Origin: Podarcis muralis
Lineage: Eukaryota
Direction of reading: 5' to 3'
NCBI RefSeq assembly: GCF_964188315.1
Contig: NC_135655.1
Span: 84,568,001 to 84,632,000 of the forward strand
DNA: 64,000 nt
The translations under genes and the position numbers were made by a program. The notes under the pieces are model-generated. The model was not told the DNA's origin, did not search any database, and worked only from the letters and a program-made list of their open reading frames with translations. Positions 51,501-64,000 of the stretch are shown piece by piece. The number at the start of each line of letters is the position of its first letter. Position 1 is the first letter of the stretch.

Positions 51501-54133
51501 GATGCCTACCCCTCTCTCTGCCAAGTGGTGGCAAAAGCCCATAGGGTCCCAGGCACACACACAGGGTCTGTGTCCCTTTGGAGAATGGAAGACATGGGGG
51601 AGACTGTCGTGCTTTAAGAAATATGGCTTATTCACCTATTGACACCTTCATTCTGCATGGAGGAAATCCAGATCTTACAGCATACGGACTTCCAGAGGCA
51701 GCAGCACAAGCAACCTTCAGGCTGCTTCCCTCAAAAATAGATGCCAGATCTTCTTCTTCCTTATCTCTCCTAGAAACCTGTCACTTGAAAAATCCCTTTT
51801 CCTGTCCCCTCAAACATACACCCCATCACCTTGGTAACATCTCACCCTCCAGGCTAAAGGATTCCTCTCAACGCTTTGTGTCACATTCGGTTTGCTCTTC
51901 ACTAAGCCAGCCAGACTGCTTTGCATAAGGCAGCCTAGGAATTCCTTTGCAGCTTGCATTCTCCTTTCATACCACAAATAACCAAAACCATAGCATGTGT
52001 TGATTTCTAGGGTTGACCCTAATCTATAACATGGGTTTGAAATAAGATGCCAGACAAATCTTAGCCTATATGTGAGGTTCATGGGCCTTAGAAGAAAGGT
52101 GTGTGAAATAGTAGGGGGGAAATATGTTTCTTACCTGCTGCTGTGATTCCATCCCCATAGCAGTCATAACGTTCACGCTTGGCCTCTGAAGAAAGGAAGG
52201 AGGACTACGTTGGCAAATTCACAAGTAAAACGGTAATCTTTGCACCCTCTAGAAGCTATACTCTGGCTCTGCAATATAGATTATGAAACCTGGCTTCTGC
52301 AGGTAACAATGTTGGCTCCAGGTTTGGGGAGACCCTGAGTAGCCTCGTCTCTTTCTCATCATTGTTACTGCTGCCTCTTGACTTGTTAGGTGAATCCCGC
52401 CTTGCAGTTTGTTAAGGGTGCTGGGAATTTTAGCTCAGCTGGGGAGTAAACTACAGTTCCCATGCTCTTTTGGGGGGCAGGGAACTATGTGCTTTGAATG
52501 TGCTTTGCCCAATTTGCACCACTGCCACAGATGGAGGGCTGCTCTTTCTCTTTGCTCCTGTCCTCGCTCACTTGGTTTGGGCAAGTGAGCAGGCAATGAC
52601 AGCAAAGAGAATTAGCAGGAGTTCGATTAAGGGGCTCCCGGGGTTAGGAGTGGGAGCCCCTGATAGGGTGTGGGCCTTGGCAGATGCCTGGCAGTGCCAA
52701 TCCCTGATGACAAACCTGCCAGGCAATAATTTTCCATAGTTTACCAAAAAGGCCTCTCCCCATAATCCATGTCTATTGCTATCAACTCCCTGGTCTAGAA
52801 GTGTAATCGAAAATAAAGGGGGGAATTCCAGAGAGACAGCCGTCACAACCTCTGATGATTTAATGAAGTGACTTCGGCTAACAAGGGCTGTGAAAATCAG
52901 TGTCCCAAAGCCCAGGGAGACATAAGCCTATGGGATCCCAAATGATCTGAGAGTCAGTCGGTGGCAGAAAGATGAACTTGGGCGCTTACTGTCTGACAAC
53001 ACTTCATAAGCTTCTGTAACTTCTTTGAATTTCTGCTCAGCATAATTCTTCCTATCTGGATTTTTATCCGGGTGCCACTGTAGGGCTTTCTTTCTGTACC
53101 TGCACAGACCCAGGAGAGAAAGGGAATGCAGTATTTGAGCGTCACAGCACCTTCTGCAACAATAAACCGCCTTCAATGCAAATCCCAGTTAAGAACGTAA
53201 AAAGAGCCCAAACACCTATGTAGTCCTGATTTCTGTTCTTACAGTGAACAACCAGATGCCCATGCAGGACTGGCACAAGAATTTGGGGGGCCTTAGCATG
53301 GTGCCAATTATGCCCCACCCACCTATACACAAACACCACCACCTCAGCCAGGCCCAGCCCAGCTGCCCCCACTAGCATACTTTTTCTGCCCCAGCTGCTA
53401 TTTTGGTGCTCTCCACTGGGCCACCAGGCACTGACCATTGTCTTAAGTCCCCCAAAATCAAATGCCCCAATCCATAAAGCTATGGAATCTATAGATGGTG
53501 GACAGTCACCAGAAAGGTAAGTTGAGTTTAGTAGGGCCCTTCTTGTTCTTGCTCTAAAGCACTGCTGCTTGTCTACCACTGAAACAAGTCTGGTGGCCCA
53601 GTGGGGTACAGTCCATGATGCAATTGCCAAAGCACCACTTTCTACATTAAAGAAAATACACTATCACATACCCTCTGACATCCCACTGAACAAAATCAGG
53701 GCGCTTGTTCTTTTGGTTCCCAGCTCTCACGGGAGCCAGCTGATTCGCACAAGCAAGCGAGACCAAGAAACAAGCATATTTTGGTTTGGTGCTCTGACTC
53801 AAGCCAGCTGACTCACACAAGAGTGGCAGGTGGAGAAACAGCACATTTCAGGATCCGGTCAGAAGCTGGGATGGCTTCTGTAATTCCAGGATGCCCCACC
53901 TAAAATGGGATAGTTGAGGGGCATGCTGTCATGTATTAAATGTTGTCTGATGTGTTAATTGAACTGGCATCAGGAATCTTTTCTTCCTGCCTCACACATG
54001 GCTTGAGTTGCGGGAAAGGCCCCAAGAGAGAACACTGAGAATTCAAGAGAAAGACTTACGCCTTTTTAATATCATTGTCGGAGGCATCCCGAGGAATCTC
54101 TAAAAGCTTATAATAGTCTGGCACGGCATCCAT
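46026..54133 (-). CDS. DNAJB2-like paralog, array copy A, short-tail model, ~252 aa
   Basis: Exons 54133-54060 ([25 protein letters not shown]), 53099-52990 ([36 protein letters not shown]), 52185-52135, 50862-50719 ([18 protein letters not shown]), 49804-49733, 48078-47985, 47160-47090 (71 nt, phase 2 to 1 like DNAJB2 exon 8), 46168-46026. 759 nt, in frame with GT-AG sites. The last four exons are strongly diverged and were assigned by size and phase. Confidence 0.75.
46560..46912 (+). mobile_element. Sauria SINE, full length, with target-site duplication
   Basis: tRNA-like head, (ACCTTT)n tail; TACAGTGTTAAA at 46546-46557 and 46913-46924. Confidence 0.9.
48531..48570. repeat. (CA)n microsatellite
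   Basis: Visible dinucleotide run. Confidence 0.95.
48750..49095. repeat. Interspersed repeat, two tandem fragments of the ccctccaacatttctcc...gggacacttggagggtctg family
   Basis: Same motif string at 16500-16650 and reversed at 56640-56790. Confidence 0.55.
50411..50531. mobile_element. Palindromic hAT-type MITE
   Basis: Near-perfect hairpin (ggactacaattcccatcatccct / agggatgatgggagttgtagtcc); exact 8-bp TSD CACTAAAG. Related copies near 18500, 27130, 32220, 33150, 34790, 40370, 45417 and 57540. Confidence 0.85.
51156..51493 (+). mobile_element. Solo LTR
   Basis: TG...CA ends, 4-bp TSD AAAG, two AGCCAATCAC boxes, TATATAA and AATAAA in U3-R-U5 order. Confidence 0.75.
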
Positions 54134-54445
54134 TCGCCTGTCCTGTGCAGAAACCAGTAGTAGAGAAACGGGGAAAGAGCGGCTGCAAGGGGAACAATGT
54201 CTCTGGAAGCACCGAAGGCGTCCACACAACTTGAGCTGCTTCTAGGGCTGACCATGGCCGCACTCTTGGCTGCACTGCTCCTTACAGCACAGCAGGAGGT
54301 GGGTGCTGTGGGCAAAGGGCCCTGCAGGGGGAGAGGAAACAGAATGAGGCGCCGCAGAATCTGTCCATCCCACAAGAACTCCCCACTGCATGCACACAAA
54401 GGGAGAATGAACACGGTGGTGATGATCTGCTTCCCAGGAGGTAAA

Positions 54446-54448
<3 letters not shown>

Positions 54449-54486
<38 letters not shown>
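54449..54486. repeat. (TG)n microsatellite
   Basis: Visible dinucleotide run. Confidence 0.95.
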
Positions 54487-54487
<1 letters not shown>

Positions 54488-55368
54488 TCAACTCAGAATT
54501 TCACCAGGTTGCTTCTCCATTTGAAGAATCCACTTCTCCACTTTCAGCTCCTATTTATTAGAAAAGCAGTGCACACACATGCCTTTTTGAATTGCTGCGA
54601 TGGAGGGGTACAAAAGGCCTTCTTGGCCAACCTTGCCTCTCAAAGACAGGGTTTGTCCAACCACCAGACCCCAACTGACCAAGCAACACAAACTAGATGC
54701 CAATGCCACCCCAATAAATAAGTCAAGAACATGTCCAAGGGAAGGACATGGCCAGAATGATAGTACATCAGGGACTATGTGTCAGAATTGTTTATCTGTG
54801 AACAGGATCCTCATTTTCTCTTGGGTCCTGTTCACGTAGCTGTCCCGGCAGTAACCATACATGGGCCATGCATATGCACTTACAGGTTTGTGTCATCCTA
54901 TGAAGTTTGTAGAGTTATCCTGTGAGTGTCAAATGTTATCTCACTCAGAAGAGAGCTTGTAGTGTCTATTTAGTTCTGGGCATTTCTGTTGCTTTATTTT
55001 TTATTTGCTCACTAGCATGATTACAGAAATAGACTGACTACCACACAGAACAAATAGCAAACTAGATAAAATGGCAGGAACCTTTGGCCACCAAATTGTC
55101 CCTAGCACAGGGGAAAGAATGAACGCCGAGTCTGTGGTGCACTTAGGTCTCATGGAGGAACAACAGCATCCCAAACTTATAGCAGTACCGATCGGAGGAT
55201 CTACCAGGAAATGTTGGGGTTTTATACTAGTTTTAACTTAAGTTTGGGTTCTTCTTAGGCTCCGGTAGGGCAAGATCAGTGGAGGAGCTACACAGTGAAT
55301 GAAACTGTAGGATGGAAGGCTTTCCAGAATGGAACAAGTTATAGTGTAAGACAATGAGGTCACCACCT

Positions 55369-55422
55369 GAAGCTAAGCAGGCCTGTCAGTGCGTGGATGG
55401 GTGACTGCCTGGGAACCTCATG
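55369..55422 (+). pseudogene. 5S rRNA-derived fragment (pseudogene or SINE3-type head)
   Basis: gaagctaagcag-gcctg-tcagtgcgtggatgggtgactgcctgggaa aligns to the internal-promoter half of vertebrate 5S rRNA; the 5' half is missing. Confidence 0.6.
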
Positions 55423-55435
55423 TATAGTATATGAC

Positions 55436-55575
55436 AGAATCATAGACTTGGAATAGACCCCAAGGGTCATCTAGTCCAACCCCTTGCAATGCAAGTATCT
55501 CAACTAAAGCATCCATGACAGATGGCCATCCAACCTCTGCTTAAAAAGGAAGGAGAGTCTACAACCTCCCGTGGG
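55436..55575 (-). mobile_element. CR1 LINE 3' end
   Basis: agaatcatagacttggaa...gggtcatctagtccaacccc, similar to 60500-60657. Confidence 0.65.
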
Positions 55576-55845
55576 TTTATATTGACCTTTTGAGACTTTA
55601 AAACCTCCATTTCAGAGACTAAGGTAGGACTTTTCTTGTGCACAACTAGTAGGCCTAGCCCATGTCAGGACATCTTCTTCTAGCTGTTAAAGCTTCCTGT
55701 ATCCATAAAGACCCGTTGTTTTAACAATCCTTCTGACTTCAAGTTCTCCTGTCTCCTTGTGCCAGCTTTTCACACACACCCTTTCCCCCCCTACATGGAT
55801 ATCCACAGGGGAATAAAATGGGGTGTGGGCAAAGTAAAATACTCC

Positions 55846-55883
<38 letters not shown>
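55846..55883. repeat. (CATATA)n microsatellite
   Basis: Visible hexamer run. Confidence 0.9.
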
Positions 55884-58087
55884 GCAAATGCATATCTAAA
55901 AGATGGGAGCAGGGAAATGTCTCACAAATGAGAATACAGTAGTGCCTGTACATTTTACCTCTTATCTCAGGTTCTACAAATGATAGTCCTTTAAAAAGAA
56001 AAAGAAAAAGAATGCTGGTAATTGGTGGATTATGGTTCATTGGGGACTGGGGGCTGCCCCCTTGTCCCCTCCCATGGCAGCCATGTTTCCATAGGGTTCA
56101 TTTCCTGATCCCCATCATCATTCGATACTCTTCTAACTTCTTAAAATCACCTAGGCTCAATATACCTTAGTTTATCCAGAGGTTGCCTGTGTTCTTTGTT
56201 CCACCTGATGGTGAGCTGGGCACTTGATGTCTTGGGGGAGGCAAGAGCTTACCATCACCCCAAACCTGCTCCCTCCTCCCCTGCTGATCAACAACTTCAG
56301 TAGCCAATGGGAAGTTGGGGGTTATTGTGACATCAGAGCTTTATGCTTTCCTTAAGGATGTGGGGTGGGGGAGGGAATCTACAAAAGGTCACACTTTTGG
56401 GAACATGTGAGTTCATACTTTATTTTCCCAGTTCTTGCTCCTTCACCATCCCAGTCTCACCTTTGACCCTTTCGCTGTGGCAATCTATCAGTGTTTGCTA
56501 GCACTTCTGGTTCATAAATGCTTCTCTGGAGTATGTAAAAAATGTGTTCAGATCATTACAACAAGAGAACTCTTTCTGCAAAGTTGCCTTGATGTGGGGC
56601 TTCAGGGTTTCCTGGATAGAGGAACTGATCCTTAAATTGTAGCCCTGTGAGGTAAGGTTACCAGACGTCCCTGTTTCCCGGAGACAGTCCCCGGATTTAC
56701 AAATCAGTCCCCTGACAAAATCCAACCCCTTCAACTGAAATTGAAAAGTGTCCCCGGATTCATTGAAAAAGAATCTGGTAACCTTACTATGAGGGGAATA
56801 GGGATCTGCTAAGAACTCTCAGCAATCTTAACAAAGTACAGTTCCCAGGATTCTTTGGGGGAAGTCATAAGTGTTAAAGTTGGGTCATAGTGCCTTAAAA
56901 CTATAGTGCAGATGTGACCAAACTCAGATACAGGAGATATGGGGCCAAAGGGGAGGAAAAAGGGAAGTGGGCTGTCTATGGTTAGTGCATATAAACTTGC
57001 TGAAGAAGGCAGAGAAAAGTGGTAGTTTTCCGTAGCCTTAGTGAGAACTTGGGAATTACCCAAACTATGCCTGAGAGGCTCAGTGACAGTATCCTCTTCC
57101 AGTAGGCAGTGCTTCCTATGCCAACCACAACCAAGCTTCCTGACTCACACAGCACCTTGGAGGCTGATGGCAATCAGGGAATCTGTGTAAGCTTTGCTGG
57201 ATCAGATCTTTATTTGAAATGAGGGTGTGAGTAGCGCAGCACCACCTTGAAATGTCAAGGAATTTTGTCACATAACCACTATTGTCCCAAGTTATATCAG
57301 AAACAAAAAGACAATTCTGCCCCGGTGCCTCTCTTGATAGCTCAAACACAGCCATTTGGGTTTCCTAACAGCAGAGAAATGAATTCCACAGAAGCCCCTT
57401 TGATTTCTTTGTGATTCTGAAGGGATCTTGCAGAATCGGTGAATTTATTCCTTACCACAAAGTGTCTTCAGTCCTCTTTGGTTTGCATCTGTATAAACTG
57501 TAAGAACAAAGTACTTCAGACTGCAATACTACACCCTGAGCAGAGATGGGGGAAATGGTGGTTCGCTAGCTGTTCTTAGATTACAGCTCCCATCATCCCT
57601 GGCCATTGGCTATGCTGGCTAGGGCTCATGGGATTTGGAGTCCCATAATCTCTTGAGTGCAAGGAGGGCACAGGTTCCCCAGTCCTTCACTGGAGAGCCA
57701 GTCTCATAGACTAACATAGGATTGTGTCATGGGGCTTTTATACAACATTTACATGGGTTTTAACGGTCAGGGCTTCTCCCTGTAAATTATGGCTTGGTGA
57801 AGCTGCTGACAATTATATTAGCCAATTATGTAGCAGTATTTCTACAGGGAGGGGCATTTGTCAAGGGCATCATGACAAACAATAGTACCACAGTACTGGC
57901 AGTACCACAGAAGACCACTAATGTGGATTGGACTTAGGTCTCCCATGTGGGACAGTGTCATTTGAACAGAGGTAGTAACTCTTCAGGAATGGCGTGTGAC
58001 TTCTTGATGCTTATAGGCCAACAGAGCAAGGAAGCAGCTGTGGGTCAAGAAGAAAACTACACCACATTTCTGTGACACAGTTAATAT

Positions 58088-58093
58088 TTTATT
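58088..58093 (-). terminator. Poly(A) signal of alpha-tubulin
   Basis: AATAAA ~70 nt after the stop codon. Confidence 0.7.
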
Positions 58094-58164
58094 TTGCGAA
58101 GAGAATCCCCAAGTGACAAGGCAATGGACACTTTAATTCCCCATATAACACAGATTGGGCTGTG

Positions 58165-63503
<5,339 letters not shown>

Positions 63504-63589
63504 CCTGCAAAACTGCCTTCTTCGACCCGGCGGCGATGAGCTCAGAGGACGAAGGCTGGTAACCGAGGGGTTTTCCTGCAGTGTCTGCC

Positions 63590-63596
63590 TTTTATA
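63590..63596 (-). promoter_or_regulatory. TATA box of the alpha-tubulin gene
   Basis: TATAAAA on the minus strand ~90 nt upstream of the ATG, in a locally CpG-richer stretch. Confidence 0.7.
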
Positions 63597-64000
63597 ACAT
63601 TCCGCAGCCCATCTCCAGGCACGAGGGATGCTTTGTTGTTAGAGATGGACACGGAGCTGAGCCTGAATGGTTTCTGAGTTACGGCCGGAGTCAACACACA
63701 ATTCACAGAGAAAGCCAAGCTAAGCCTTGGTTACACCAAACATAGCTAGGGACTTGTGTATTGGGGAGGGACTGTCCCCAGAGGATTATTACGTGTGCAG
63801 CCAAGCTTCACATTAAAAAAAGAGAAAACACTGTTTTTTTGTTATAAACTCCCCCAGTCCTGCCTGCTGTTGTGCTAGCATGGAGTGGGGCATCTTTTTC
63901 TGTCAAAGGGCCACATTCTGGGCAACCTTCCAAGGGCCACATGACAGCGGTGGGTGGGGCCAGAGGCAAAAGTGCACAGAGCAGCAGGTGTGAATAATAA

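Noticed and set aside
54197-54721. 174-aa plus-strand ORF with a signal-peptide-like start
   Set aside because: Runs through a (TG)n microsatellite, lies antisense to the copy A 5' region and shows no family match.

Overview
Vertebrate genomic DNA from a squamate reptile, probably a lacertid lizard (inferred from Sauria SINEs and associated repeat families). All recognisable genes are on the minus strand. At the right is a complete 4-exon alpha-tubulin gene (58165-63503). Downstream of it is a head-to-tail array of four spliced DNAJB2 (HSJ1)-type J-domain co-chaperone paralogs, assembled by hand from GT-AG sites and reading phase: copy A 54133-46026/43509, copy B 39564-30891, copy C 26326-18743 and copy D 13680-6254. 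All four keep the HPD motif, the 110-nt HPD exon and the phase-1 acceptor of the last exon, but each has a different terminal exon. D has a UIM-like motif plus a CAAX box (DNAJB2b-like). C has a ~546-aa Ser/acidic then Lys-rich repeat tail. B has a short acidic tail with one EPIYE motif. A has either a short Ser-rich end or a ~453-aa tail with 12-residue Tyr repeats (Y-x4-S-P-[VI]-Y-E). A CpG-island, probably bidirectional, promoter lies at ~2560-3130; the genes it drives could not be identified. Introns and spacers hold Sauria SINEs, a tRNA-type SINE, hAT and Tc1/mariner MITEs, CR1 3' ends, solo-LTR-like elements and microsatellites. Gene models come from sequence only, with no transcript evidence.
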